A stretch of DNA of 64,000 nt from a virus. Below the pieces are notes generated by a model. That model was not told the DNA's origin. It did no database searches and saw only the letters and a list, made by a program, of their open reading frames with translations. Below are positions 1 to 10,052 of the stretch, in pieces (positions within the stretch are counted from its first letter, which is position 1; each line of letters starts with the position of its first letter). The position numbers were made by a program, and so were the translations under genes. Where the stretch lies: IMG/VR virus record IMGVR_UViG_3300023178_000017, positions 32,001 to 96,000 of that record; one strand, given 5' to 3'.

Positions 1-999
1 AGATGTAACATCGAAGATACTAAATGTAGAGAAGTCAATACCTCTTCCTTGAGATACATCAACGGTACAAACATATACGTGGTCCTTAATAGGTTTTTCG
101 TAGACGTTAACACCATCTCTATTCCAATCTGGATCAACTGCTCTCATACCTAATAAAGTATTACTATTGATCAGTGTGTTACCTGTACCTAAGAAACTAT
201 TACCATACTCTTGTTCAAACTGTGCTTCTGAGGTGTTTGCAATGGTTTCTTTCTTCCATTCTTCATCTCTGCCAGGCACATCATACCAGTTGATTGTGAA
301 TGGTTTATACTCAGATTGTTCATGTATTGCAGATTCGTATATCTTATGGAACATATTACCCACACCATTTGCAGTTGATGTAATGATAACTTTAGAGTCT
401 TTACCTGAGGTAACTACAGGATATGTAGCAGTATAGAATGTCTCTGCATCTTCTACGAATGCAAACTCATCGAGGTATAACATGTTAATTGACATACCAC
501 GAATAGATGATGAAGATGTTGCAGCTGCCACGATCTTGGAATCGTTACCAAATTCTATATTACCCTTGTTAAGTATCTTTACACCTGGTTGGAGAAAGAA
601 TGGAACAGTCTCCAACATGGTTACGATACGTGCTATCATCTCCCTTGCAATTGCACCTTTGTTCGCTAGGATCGCAACCGTGACTTCGGGAGTGAACAGT
701 AGATACCATAGTAGATATGCACAAGAAGTAATAGATTTACCTGACTGTCTAGCAGCTAGAACTACACTAAAACGACTATCTTTGAAATGATTAATTAACT
801 TTTCTTGGTAACCACGAAGATTAAATGGTACAAGACCTTCATCTAGTGATATAATTTGTGTATAGTTTTGAATAAAATGACAAGGGTCAGTAGAACACTT
901 CATGTATTCTTTCAACTCTTCTTCGGTATATTGGTGTTCTACTCCTGCACGTTTGACAAGATTATTACCAAGATAACCTTCGTTTTTTGCCTTAACCAT
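1..999 (-). CDS. gp17: Terminase large subunit (truncated by window edge)
   Basis: Hand translation from ATG at 999: MVKAKNEGYLGNNLVKRAG...YQEKL...LAARQSGKS (Walker A)...LYLDEFAF (Walker B)...IITSTANG...VDVSQGRGIDFS; start overlaps the gp16 stop; absent from ORF track because there is no stop in the window. Confidence 0.95.
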   Translation of the reverse strand, partial: MVKAKNEGYLGNNLVKRAGVEHQYTEEELKEYMKCSTDPCHFIQNYTQIISLDEGLVPFNLRGYQEKLINHFKDSRFSVVLAARQSGKSITSCAYLLWYLLFTPEVTVAILANKGAIAREMIARIVTMLETVPFFLQPGVKILNKGNIEFGNDSKIVAAATSSSSIRGMSINMLYLDEFAFVEDAETFYTATYPVVTSGKDSKVIITSTANGVGNMFHKIYESAIHEQSEYKPFTINWYDVPGRDEEWKKETIANTSEAQFEQEYGNSFLGTGNTLINSNTLLGMRAVDPDWNRDGVNVYEKPIKDHVYVCTVDVSQGRGIDFSTFSIFDVTS

Positions 1000-1397
1000 T
1001 AATCTTTATTCTTTTTTAAAAACTTTTGCAACTCAGACGTTGACCCAACATACAAGTGATTGTGTTGTGTTCCTATCTTTTGTGTTTCTTCGTCTTCTAG
1101 TTTCTTTAACTTGCTTTGTAGGTCTATAAGTTTTTCTGCTGTTTCACCCACTGTTTTAATAAGTTGACCTGCAACTTCATAGGCCCGTGGATGTTCTGTC
1201 TCTTTGGATAGTTCTAAGATGCCATCGATTGCATCTTGTCCTCGTTCTACGAGATTATAGAGATTCTCTCTAGCGTATCGGTAGTCTGTTTCAATGTTGT
1301 CTGTTCTATCAGGCAACTTCTTAACAACCTCAGCTGTTTGAGTTTTAATTTCTGATTCGATATCCAAGATATCGTTTAATTTTTCGTCTGTGTTCAT
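999..1397 (-). CDS. gp16: Terminase small subunit
   Basis: DYRYARENLYNLVERG...EHPRAYEVAGQLIK...LYVGSTSELQK; between gp15 and gp17. Confidence 0.9.
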   Translation of the reverse strand: MNTDEKLNDILDIESEIKTQTAEVVKKLPDRTDNIETDYRYARENLYNLVERGQDAIDGILELSKETEHPRAYEVAGQLIKTVGETAEKLIDLQSKLKKLEDEETQKIGTQHNHLYVGSTSELQKFLKKNKD

Positions 1398-1411
1398 ACT
1401 ATATTTGACTA

Positions 1412-2458
1412 TTATGTAGAGTCTGTTGTAACTGTATCGGCATAATCGATGTTTGTACCATCGTCATAGAACGTTACAGTTTCAGCAACTACAAAGGTGT
1501 CACCTGGTTCTACAGAACCTACAAACATAATAGTTTTAGGTTCATCTAAAGTTATTGCAGCTGATAAAACTATTGATAATCTATCTTCTGCAATACTACT
1601 AATCGTTGGATTAGGTGTGTTACCTGTATAAAAAACTTCGTCTTCTACATTTATCTTACTATTTATTGCAGTATCAAAAGTCACTGTTGTAGAATTAGAT
1701 ACGACATTTGCAACAGCTGAAAATGCAGGTTCATAGTGTTTGACTTCTTTAACTAGACCAGAACTATTGATTTGAGATGTTGTAAACTGTCCAGATCCGT
1801 CTGATATAAAGTCTCTTTCGATAACATTAGTAATGATATCACCTGTGTAAACTGGTCCAAAGAAGTATAACTTCATTGTAAACCCTAATGTATATTCTAT
1901 AACTCTTCTACTTTCAAAGTCTGCCTCGTAATCGTCTGTCATAGACACACTGTTTAAAACAATAGGCACGTCTCTGACCTCAGACATATCATCTATCATC
2001 TTCATTGTTACTGTATATTCAGGTTGAAAATATGGTAATATTTGTTCTACAATCTGCAATGCATCGTTTTGATTTTTAGCTAGTACTGATAACTCAAACT
2101 CTATATCATATGGTGCTGGTGAATACTGAAATTTTCTATCGGTGTTGTTTGTCTCTATTGTTGCTTTCTTTGTTCTTATTAACTTGTTCTGTTGTCTATT
2201 TGCATCGTAGTTAAATGCTGAAATTTGGAATGCCATTCTTGGCAAACTAATAGCACTTCTATTGTTATCTGTTAGATCAGGCTCTTCTGCTAGTCTGTTT
2301 ATAAATTTTTGAGCAGGACCATATGAGATTGGCACTAATGTTCGAGATAGTACTGTACCATCTGATTTTGTTTTTTTGATATAGATATTATTGAACAAGG
2401 TACCAAATATTGATACCGATCTCTTAATAGTTTCGTTATAAAAATAAGTACCGAACAT
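1412..2458 (-). CDS. gp15: Tail sheath stabiliser / tail terminator
   Basis: MFGTYFYNETIKR...FGTLFNNI...VPISYGP..KF...LPRMAF...QIVEQILPYFQP; synteny. Confidence 0.92.
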   Translation of the reverse strand: MFGTYFYNETIKRSVSIFGTLFNNIYIKKTKSDGTVLSRTLVPISYGPAQKFINRLAEEPDLTDNNRSAISLPRMAFQISAFNYDANRQQNKLIRTKKATIETNNTDRKFQYSPAPYDIEFELSVLAKNQNDALQIVEQILPYFQPEYTVTMKMIDDMSEVRDVPIVLNSVSMTDDYEADFESRRVIEYTLGFTMKLYFFGPVYTGDIITNVIERDFISDGSGQFTTSQINSSGLVKEVKHYEPAFSAVANVVSNSTTVTFDTAINSKINVEDEVFYTGNTPNPTISSIAEDRLSIVLSAAITLDEPKTIMFVGSVEPGDTFVVAETVTFYDDGTNIDYADTVTTDST

Positions 2459-3312
2459 TATGGTTCACCAAATGGATTAGTTTCACTGAAGTCTAAGTAT
2501 GAAGACTCAGCATCTTCAAATTCTTTATTGTCTGCCTGAGGATCGTTAGACATAGTCATAACGTCATCAACCGATGAGACTGTAAATGAGGCTGATGAAA
2601 CAGCACCTAGTAATACATCACCAGTCTCTAGTGTTGTTGTATTATCTTTAAGTCTGAGTAATCTTGTATCTGCTCTCCATAGAACAACTTCACCCACAAC
2701 TGTACCATTTAGTGTGACATCTTCATTGACTGCAAACGTTCCTGTACCACCAGCATCCATTGTTAGATCAATGCTGTATGCTTGTTCGTCTTCTATCTGA
2801 TCTATGCCTGAGATATCTGTATCAAAATCTTCACCACTATATTCAAACAATTCACATCTAAGTTTAAATACAAATAGTTTACCAACTTGATAGAAAGGGT
2901 CTTCGTGTTCTACAAATTTGATTTCAAACATTGAACCTGATAAAGGAAAATATATCAGATCGCCTTCGTTAGGTCTTAGTGATGTTGCAAGGTTTGTATC
3001 TAAAGAAATGAATCTTTCCCATGACCTCAGAGAAATGACAAAGGTCGCTTGATCTCTAACTTGAATACCAAACTTAGACATGAGATCGCCTTCGCCTTCA
3101 AAACCATCAGTGTTTTCGATATACATCTCAACACTGTATGCATCACCAAAAGTGGACTGAACATCTTCATTAAAGATTGTGTCTTCTTCTACAATTTCTC
3201 TTGGTAAATAAAATGTTTCATGACCATACATACGTAGAGCTTCGACAACGATATCTTCATAAAGATGTTGCTCAGTGTTAACTGCATGATTAAAAAACAC
3301 ATTTGTTGGCAT
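2458..3312 (-). CDS. gp14: Neck protein
   Basis: E..LYEDIVVEALRMYG...YLPR...SKFG...RPNEGDLIYFP...FYQVGK...FSETNPFGEP. Confidence 0.92.
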   Translation of the reverse strand: MPTNVFFNHAVNTEQHLYEDIVVEALRMYGHETFYLPREIVEEDTIFNEDVQSTFGDAYSVEMYIENTDGFEGEGDLMSKFGIQVRDQATFVISLRSWERFISLDTNLATSLRPNEGDLIYFPLSGSMFEIKFVEHEDPFYQVGKLFVFKLRCELFEYSGEDFDTDISGIDQIEDEQAYSIDLTMDAGGTGTFAVNEDVTLNGTVVGEVVLWRADTRLLRLKDNTTTLETGDVLLGAVSSASFTVSSVDDVMTMSNDPQADNKEFEDAESSYLDFSETNPFGEP

Positions 3313-3314
3313 AA

Positions 3315-4130
3315 TTAACCTATCATATCAAGTACTGGCATTTCGTGGTTCAGTCTTGATTCTTCTTCTAATCTTCGAATTTCTTCCTGTGCTTCTGATT
3401 TCATTTGAGAAGCATCTAATTGTACACCACCTGGCAATGCAATACCTGTAAACTTGGATAAATTTTCACCCCATTGATACTTGACTAATGCTGTGGCATA
3501 TTTCTTTAACCACATATCATCGTATACATCTGTAAATGTAGTTGGGTCTAACTTTCTATAACACTCAATGATAATGTATTCATTGGCGCTAATACTATCG
3601 ACATCCATATCTAGGTACAATCTGTTCATATGTTGATTGTATCTAATTGGTTGTCTGCCAACTAACACTCTATCTAACAACTGAATGTGTTGTTGTACTT
3701 GTGTGTAGTATAAGATATTTGTTGAAGTTAAATCCCAAAGATCATTCAATCTTAATTGATATCTAAGATCAAACATATTGAGGTTGTTTTTGTCGTGGAA
3801 TGGAAAGATGTTCATTACTGCTGTAACAAACTCAGGCAATACGATATAGTTTTGTTGAAGTTCAAATGCTTCATCATCGTATGCATGTGTACCAGCTGCA
3901 CTCTCAGTTAAAGACTCATTCGTCTTCATAGTAGTTTTTTTGGCACTGGTTATCTTGTGCTTTAGATACACCTTCATCGAGCCATCGTAATGGTACTGAT
4001 AAAAGTACTGTAGCGCTTCGTCTACTCTATCATCTAATTGATCTTCATCAACGTTGATTTCAAGAACAGGCGCACCAAGTTTTCTTTTGATGTATTCTTT
4101 TAATTCGTCTTTGGTTGTTGGTTTTGCCAT
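3315..4130 (-). CDS. gp13: Neck protein
   Basis: LKEYIKRKLGAPVLEINV...WLKKYATALVKYQWGENLSKF.GIALPGGV. Confidence 0.93.
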   Translation of the reverse strand: MAKPTTKDELKEYIKRKLGAPVLEINVDEDQLDDRVDEALQYFYQYHYDGSMKVYLKHKITSAKKTTMKTNESLTESAAGTHAYDDEAFELQQNYIVLPEFVTAVMNIFPFHDKNNLNMFDLRYQLRLNDLWDLTSTNILYYTQVQQHIQLLDRVLVGRQPIRYNQHMNRLYLDMDVDSISANEYIIIECYRKLDPTTFTDVYDDMWLKKYATALVKYQWGENLSKFTGIALPGGVQLDASQMKSEAQEEIRRLEEESRLNHEMPVLDMIG

Positions 4131-4155
4131 AAGTAGTATTCCTGTCTGCTACTAC

Positions 4156-4163
4156 TATTTATG
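4156..4163 (-). promoter_or_regulatory. T4-type late promoter (CATAAATA) for gp13-gp17
   Basis: One mismatch from T4 late consensus TATAAATA, in the intergenic gap upstream of gp13. Confidence 0.6.
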
Positions 4164-4169
4164 CAAATT

Positions 4170-4430
4170 CTAATCTTGGAAATATGTTTTAGTTTGGAGT
4201 CTATCAAGTTTTTCGTCAATTCTCTCCATAGTTTCGATGATACGACCTAAATCTTTGTCTAGTTCAGTTCTGGTGACATATTCTTTTGCTACTTCTTCAC
4301 GTGTCTTATTGATTAAAATATCTAATCTTTTTTGTTCGGACAATATGTTACGTACTAGCAAACCTATCGGTGCTAATATAAACGTAAGAAGTACATTCCA
4401 TATGATGTGAGCGTCTATAACTATTTCCAT
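4170..4430 (-). CDS. Small protein with N-terminal transmembrane helix and coiled-coil tail
   Basis: IIWNVLLTFILAPIGLLV hydrophobic stretch followed by a charged helical region. Confidence 0.65.
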   Translation of the reverse strand: MEIVIDAHIIWNVLLTFILAPIGLLVRNILSEQKRLDILINKTREEVAKEYVTRTELDKDLGRIIETMERIDEKLDRLQTKTYFQD

Positions 4431-4439
4431 ATAATCTAT

Positions 4440-5135
4440 TTATAGGATCAAGTTGCCGCTTTCGTCTATATCATACTCAAAATTTGAATCATTCCAACCA
4501 ATTCGTGAATTTTTATCATCCATGCAATTGACATCTAAATTAAAAGATATACTGTATCGATCTTTGTTTGTTAGATTGGGTTCGACCATATGCATTAACC
4601 CACTAGGAAAAATGTATAAGTGACCTGTCTTAGGTTGTATCTGATAAGATTCAATCATTCTATTGTTGCCAGGAAATGCTCCTGCAACTTTATGATTTGT
4701 ATCTATGAAAGTTAAATCGCCTTCGTCACCATCAGCATGTATATAAAATACACCTGAATAGAAACAACCATTGTGTAAGTGAGGTCTGTTCCATGCACCA
4801 TTGTCATTAATGTTAGCCCATGAGTTATGCATATCAACACGGTGTGCATCTTTGTTTAATCCCATGAAAGGTAATAACTCGTCTCTGACTAAACGTTTAA
4901 TTGATCTTATACATTTAATAAAAGTTGGATGTTGATCGCAACCATCATTTGATTGCCAACCTGTATATGCATTTGATATCTTTCGACCAACAGGATCTTT
5001 CTTTCGCATACCATCAATCTCTCTTTTTAAGAGATCAAAGTATTCTGCATTCATCAATGTAGGTTCTTTATCTGCATCTTTGCCTAAAAAATCTCTATGA
5101 AAAACAAATGCAGGAAATAATAATTTTACACTCAT
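4440..5135 (-). CDS. 2OG-Fe(II) oxygenase-like protein (TIGR02466-like)
   Basis: SWANIN...NRPHLH...YSGVFYI...LYIFPSGLMHMVEPN...RYSISFN. Confidence 0.85.
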   Translation of the reverse strand: MSVKLLFPAFVFHRDFLGKDADKEPTLMNAEYFDLLKREIDGMRKKDPVGRKISNAYTGWQSNDGCDQHPTFIKCIRSIKRLVRDELLPFMGLNKDAHRVDMHNSWANINDNGAWNRPHLHNGCFYSGVFYIHADGDEGDLTFIDTNHKVAGAFPGNNRMIESYQIQPKTGHLYIFPSGLMHMVEPNLTNKDRYSISFNLDVNCMDDKNSRIGWNDSNFEYDIDESGNLIL

Positions 5136-5980
5136 TCTTCTACCTCATTATGAAAAGGACATTCAGGTGGTGGTTCATCTTCTTTGAAGTATTTACCTTT
5201 TTCTTGCCAATAACCTTCGTTTCTATATGGCCCAAGTTTAGTTCCCCTTAGTCTTGATTCATCGGAGTATTCTCTTCTACCTTGTTCATCCATAGACATC
5301 ATTTCTGCATGTGAAGTTACTGAACTTCTGTTGTCCTGAAATTCTCTAGGACTACGTAATGTATACGTAGAATTCCATTCTTCTCTTTTAAAAGGAATAA
5401 CCTGACACAATGGTGTGCCTTTTTTTATAGTAAATGAATGATTAACTCTAGGATAAAAAATTATTTGTGAATTATCTTGGCTCACATTGAACTTATCTGT
5501 ATCGATAATTCCTTGCCATGTAGCAAAGTATCTATTTTGAAATAAGAAAGGGTCTAAGTAAAGACATGAATAACCCTCTGGTGTTATAATGTTCCATGGG
5601 TTTCTCATTTTAAATGCATCTTTGACAGGACCATCATCGCCAAAATAATCGAAAGCATTTTCAAATTGTTCTTTGGGGTGTGTAGGTGAAGCGTAATGTT
5701 CTCCTGAAGGATCGAAAGTTCTAACGTCTGTTGTACTTACACCGTCTTTTGCATTGTTACCTACGATAACTTCCATGTCTCTGTTTGCAAGTAGGTACCA
5801 ACCACTCTTTAACCAATCATCCATAGCAGGACATGCTCTGATAGTTTGAGTATTAACACCACGTACTACTGCATTTACTTTAATTCTTTTCCACCAATCT
5901 GGATGCCATTTCTTTGCAAGAACTGGTTTAAAGTCTCTGAGAGTCTTCTCGTTATATGTAATAAAGTCTATCGTTGGCAT
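5132..5980 (-). CDS. Conserved-looking phage hypothetical protein (CP...NPW..TP.GYS...GIIDTD...KKGTPL type)
   Basis: 282 aa ORF overlapping both neighbours; motif string typical of aquatic T4-like phage hypotheticals; function unknown. Confidence 0.6.
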   Translation of the reverse strand: MPTIDFITYNEKTLRDFKPVLAKKWHPDWWKRIKVNAVVRGVNTQTIRACPAMDDWLKSGWYLLANRDMEVIVGNNAKDGVSTTDVRTFDPSGEHYASPTHPKEQFENAFDYFGDDGPVKDAFKMRNPWNIITPEGYSCLYLDPFLFQNRYFATWQGIIDTDKFNVSQDNSQIIFYPRVNHSFTIKKGTPLCQVIPFKREEWNSTYTLRSPREFQDNRSSVTSHAEMMSMDEQGRREYSDESRLRGTKLGPYRNEGYWQEKGKYFKEDEPPPECPFHNEVEE

Positions 5981-6689
5981 TATAAAACTCTTCGCTAACT
6001 CCTATCTCTACTTCATCGCCTCTTAAAACAATTGATCTTCTATCCATGTATCTAGCAGTTTCATTTGGTGCATCTGCACCGTGTGGTATTCTGCCGTCAA
6101 ACATTACTAATCTATTTGGTACAAACTCCACTTCAGCGATTTGGTGGTTTTTAATATGTTCGTTTCTACCTTCTAAACCCTGTTGAGGTTCATCATATAA
6201 TCTTAATGTGCCACCCCATTCGGGATTCCAATATGTATTGTAATAGTATAAGAAAGATAAATTCCATGAATCATTAGTATCACAATCTGCATGAGTTGTT
6301 CCATGACAACCCATTGTCTGTGAGTTTAAACCCATGTACTGAAATCTTTTCCATTTGAAACCGAAATCTGTACATATTCTTCTATTTAGATAGTGAGCAG
6401 GATAAGAATCTTTCTTATCAATATCTCCTTCAACATTGTGAAATCCGAAATCTTTATTGTCCCGATCAGCCTTGAAGAAACTTGCACCCCAAAAACTATG
6501 GTGAGGTAATCCTGTTGGGCTTTCGCTACCCACTTGATTTGTTTTAGACCAAATATTACTGCTTGTAAATCTTTGATTAATCCAATGCCATATAGAAGTC
6601 TCTAAGTAATTATCAATTATGTAGACTTTATCTAAAGGTAATGATTGAATATGAAAAGGAGAATCAACCTTTTCTACAAGCAGGCTCAT
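5952..6689 (-). CDS. 2OG-Fe(II) oxygenase (prolyl-hydroxylase-like)
   Basis: HAD (HxD)...WNPEWGG.L...FVPNRLVMFDGRIPH...RRSIV. Confidence 0.85.
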   Translation of the reverse strand: MSLLVEKVDSPFHIQSLPLDKVYIIDNYLETSIWHWINQRFTSSNIWSKTNQVGSESPTGLPHHSFWGASFFKADRDNKDFGFHNVEGDIDKKDSYPAHYLNRRICTDFGFKWKRFQYMGLNSQTMGCHGTTHADCDTNDSWNLSFLYYYNTYWNPEWGGTLRLYDEPQQGLEGRNEHIKNHQIAEVEFVPNRLVMFDGRIPHGADAPNETARYMDRRSIVLRGDEVEIGVSEEFYNANDRLYYI

Positions 6690-6690
6690 T

Positions 6691-7260
6691 TTATGCTATT
6701 AATGACTTTTGAGGTGATGGAAAATTATTTGAATAATACTCAAAGTCTTGTAGTGTGTCTTCTCTTGTTTCGCCTATTTCATTACATACATTAACGTATA
6801 CATTCCATATAACGTCTGAATATTCCATAACTCTTCTTGCATCTGATCTTAAAGGGTGATTTGAGCCCTCTCTTCCTGCTATAGTTACTTCTAGTAAATC
6901 ACGGAAACCATATGCTTGTACTTGATCATCGATATAGTTTTGAGCCATATCAGATAGTTTGTTTGCATACTGATTGTTTAATGAAACACCAGCAGGTGGT
7001 TCAGACTGATTGATATATTCTTCGATAGCATCTATTTCATCTGAGTTTAGATTTATTTTGACCTGATCGTTAAAACATTTATCTTCTTCCCATTTCTCAA
7101 TTTTAACTTCGATGTCATCGTACACCAATACATCATATTCAAAACCAAGATTTGGTCTATCTGTGTTTTCGAAAGAGTATTCTAATCCATTTGGTTTTCT
7201 AATGATTAGATTACTGTTTTCATCATAAATTAACATATTCATAATTACCTCATTATACAC
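6691..7260 (-). CDS. Hypothetical acidic protein (possible fibre assembly chaperone)
   Basis: 189 aa ORF tightly packed in the operon; the chaperone role is only a positional guess. Confidence 0.55.
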   Translation of the reverse strand: MYNEVIMNMLIYDENSNLIIRKPNGLEYSFENTDRPNLGFEYDVLVYDDIEVKIEKWEEDKCFNDQVKINLNSDEIDAIEEYINQSEPPAGVSLNNQYANKLSDMAQNYIDDQVQAYGFRDLLEVTIAGREGSNHPLRSDARRVMEYSDVIWNVYVNVCNEIGETREDTLQDFEYYSNNFPSPQKSLIA

Positions 7261-7276
7261 TTGTGTGTGTTAAATT

Positions 7277-8881
7277 TCAAGAGACTTTATTCGCTCTCGC
7301 ATACGCTCTTTCATATACGTCTAACATATTTATATCACTGGTATCCATGTCTTTTATCCATGGGCCACCACGTGTCCAGTGAATTGCTAAAGCATGTGGT
7401 TTGTCTAAATGTGTTTCATATCCTTCAGTTATAATATGTCTAGGTGGTATTCTACTGATCTTGTCTGTCCATTCAAATTGATGTAAATACTTTCCTGACT
7501 CTGTATTCACTACTTCTGGTGTTAACTTCTTACAGTCTTCGTGTGCATTATTGAATACCATAAGACTAGACCACAATTTCTTAGGATAAGAAACATTCTT
7601 TTCGCCATCAAATTTAGTATCACTATGATTTTCGAAATCGTATTGTACACAAGCAATAGCATCTTTTGGGTCTAAGAAATAGAATAGTGGTAGTATAGAC
7701 TTACTAAACAATATGTCATCATCTAAGAAGATACTGAAACCTTCATAATTTTCTAGGTAAGGTATTAAGAATCTACTATATGTAAACTCTGTTGATTGAT
7801 TAGCATACTCTCTAGTGTATTCAGGTATCTTTGATACATCTAGTATCTTAATATTAGGTTGCCAGTCTTTTATAAATTCATACATGTCACCTTTACCAAA
7901 ACCATATTCAATTCCTTTTTGAAGCAACTTAACATTTGTTTCAGCAAGATCACCATGACGACTATCGTAACCCACATAGATTGATATAGGTTTGCCTTTT
8001 GCCATTTTCATAATGTTTTTATTGAAGTCTGTAACTGTACTTCTAAAACCGATATCAGCAAAAGCACTATGCATTTCTATAAAACCCTCTGTATATGTAA
8101 ATGAAAGATGTGTTGGTTTATCTTTCTTTTCAACAAAGGCTTTCCATAATTCAATTACTTGTTCAGCTGATAGAACTTCTGAATCAAATAAATCAAACTT
8201 ATCCCATACAAACATTTCCATATCTGGATCATCTATCATTTCAAATACTGCTGATCTTACAGAACCTGGATGTATTCTAAGAGTGTATCGTTCTTCTTCT
8301 GAAGAAGGTTTGTTCACTACACCTTGGATTGGATTCCAAAGGCCTTCATGTTTGATACTATCAATTAACCAGTGTGCTTTAGCACTGTGATAATAAGTTG
8401 AATTATTGATTTCTAATTGTCTTTCAGTTGGGCCTTCTGCACCAAAAACATATTTTGTATAGTCTGTTATCTTTTGATATTCATCATTTCGGTTTTTGAA
8501 ATCAAAGCCAGAATGACCAGGTATTGGTGTTTCAGGTTTTTCAGTATAACCGTACTGCAAATAATATTGATAGACATATGCTTGATGTTGTAATTGATTA
8601 AACGGTTGTAATTTTGTTGTATCAGAATAATCGTATAATCTTTCGTCTATCAATTTAGAAGCTTCTTTCCATTTAACATGCTTTAGTTTTGGTAATTTAT
8701 TCTTCATCAACCAATCTAAAGACTTATATGCTTCAGTTTCCTTGTAGTCTTTGGATAGTTCGATACTACCAATATGACAATGATCCATGAAAATGACTTC
8801 ATCGCCACTATCTGGCCCAAATGGTGATCTTCTATTTTGAAATGCTTCTTGTACGGCTTCTAAGGTTTCTAATTTTCTCAT
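7277..8881 (-). CDS. Fusion: N-terminal ParB/Srx-like domain plus C-terminal GT-A fold glycosyltransferase
   Basis: C-half IYVGYDSR...STEFTYSRFLIPYL...IFLDDD...YPKKLWSSLMVFN...LHQFEW...HWTRGGPW (GT8-like); N-half LIDSIKHEGLWNPIQG...IHPGSVR. Confidence 0.8.
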   Translation of the reverse strand: MRKLETLEAVQEAFQNRRSPFGPDSGDEVIFMDHCHIGSIELSKDYKETEAYKSLDWLMKNKLPKLKHVKWKEASKLIDERLYDYSDTTKLQPFNQLQHQAYVYQYYLQYGYTEKPETPIPGHSGFDFKNRNDEYQKITDYTKYVFGAEGPTERQLEINNSTYYHSAKAHWLIDSIKHEGLWNPIQGVVNKPSSEEERYTLRIHPGSVRSAVFEMIDDPDMEMFVWDKFDLFDSEVLSAEQVIELWKAFVEKKDKPTHLSFTYTEGFIEMHSAFADIGFRSTVTDFNKNIMKMAKGKPISIYVGYDSRHGDLAETNVKLLQKGIEYGFGKGDMYEFIKDWQPNIKILDVSKIPEYTREYANQSTEFTYSRFLIPYLENYEGFSIFLDDDILFSKSILPLFYFLDPKDAIACVQYDFENHSDTKFDGEKNVSYPKKLWSSLMVFNNAHEDCKKLTPEVVNTESGKYLHQFEWTDKISRIPPRHIITEGYETHLDKPHALAIHWTRGGPWIKDMDTSDINMLDVYERAYARANKVS

Positions 8882-8910
8882 AATATAAAATATAGTTTAT
8901 TTAACTATAT

Positions 8911-10041
8911 TTATGACGTAATTGGAGATGCTGGCCACTGTTGTGACAATACACCGTCCCAACGATTCACTGGTGTTCTACCTTGTGTAGCGTAAGTACT
9001 TGGTGATCTATGTTGATAGGTAAACGGAGTTCTACCTTGTCTAGAATATGTACTTGGTGATCTATGTTGATAGGTAAACGGAGTTTGACCTTGTCTTGCA
9101 TATGTCACAGGTTGCCTATGTTGATATGTACTTGGCGATTGTGTTATTCTAGGATCTCTGTAAGTACTTGGTGATCTGTGTTGATATGTGCTAGGTACAC
9201 GATATGCTCTAGGATCTCTGTAAGTACTTGGTGATCTATGGTTATACGTGCTAGGTACTCTATAACTTCTTGGATCACGATATGTAGATGGTGATCTGTG
9301 TTGATATGTGCTAGGTACACGATATGATCTTGGGTCTTGATATGTAGACGGCGATCTATGTTGATATGTGCTAGGTACACGATATGATCTAGGATCACGG
9401 TATGTAAATGGCGATCTATGGTTATATGTAAACGGTGACCTATGTTGATACGTAAACGGTGATCTATGTTGATAAGTCGAAGGTTGTCTAGCGCCTCTAA
9501 TATTAGGTTCTTGTGCTGATACAGGGTGTCTGTAACCTGCTGGTTGTTGTGCTGATCTAATATTAGGTTCTTGTGCTGATACAGGGTGTCTATAACCTGC
9601 TGGTTGTCTAGCATTACCAATTACTGGTTGTTGTGCTGATACAGGTGCTCTATATGCTGCTGGTTGTCTAGCATTTCTAATATTAGGTTCTTGTGCTGAT
9701 CTGATATTAGGTTCTTGACCGCTTCTAATATTAGGTTCTTGTGCTGATCTAATATTAGGTTGTTGACCATTCGCAATATAAGGCGACTGGAAAGTAAACG
9801 GTTGCCTTGCGTTATTAGGTTGTTGAGCATTTGCAATATAAGGCGACTGGAAAGTAAACGGTTGCCTTGCGTTATTAGGTTGTCTAGCATTTGCAATATA
9901 AGGTGACTGATATGTAAATGGATTCTGGAATGTAAATGGATTCTGGAATGTAAATGGATTCTGGAAAGTAAAAGGTGTCTGCACAGGAACAGAAGCCTGT
10001 GTAATACCTTGAGCATTTGCTGGATAAAAACCTGTTGCCAT
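8911..10041 (-). CDS. Pro-punctuated repeat protein B (putative antiparallel partner of 10053-11828)
   Basis: Residues 23-356 are 47 units of 6, 8 or 10 aa (PFTFQN, PYIANARQ, PNIRSAQE, PSTYQHRS, PSTYRD, PRSYRV etc.). Confidence 0.85.
   Translation of the reverse strand: MATGFYPANAQGITQASVPVQTPFTFQNPFTFQNPFTFQNPFTYQSPYIANARQPNNARQPFTFQSPYIANAQQPNNARQPFTFQSPYIANGQQPNIRSAQEPNIRSGQEPNIRSAQEPNIRNARQPAAYRAPVSAQQPVIGNARQPAGYRHPVSAQEPNIRSAQQPAGYRHPVSAQEPNIRGARQPSTYQHRSPFTYQHRSPFTYNHRSPFTYRDPRSYRVPSTYQHRSPSTYQDPRSYRVPSTYQHRSPSTYRDPRSYRVPSTYNHRSPSTYRDPRAYRVPSTYQHRSPSTYRDPRITQSPSTYQHRQPVTYARQGQTPFTYQHRSPSTYSRQGRTPFTYQHRSPSTYATQGRTPVNRWDGVLSQQWPASPITS
8974..9975 (-). repeat. Coding tandem repeats (18/24/54/60-nt periods) of protein B
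   Basis: Near-identical 60-nt blocks visible at 9781-9900 and 9181-9420. Confidence 0.9.
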
Positions 10042-10052
10042 TTTACTTTAGA

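Noticed and set aside
167-790. Plus-strand ORFs 167-436 and 482-790, and the similar antisense ORFs across 11932-43786 and 49855-52176
   Set aside because: Antisense shadows of well-supported genes such as gp17 and the baseplate genes.
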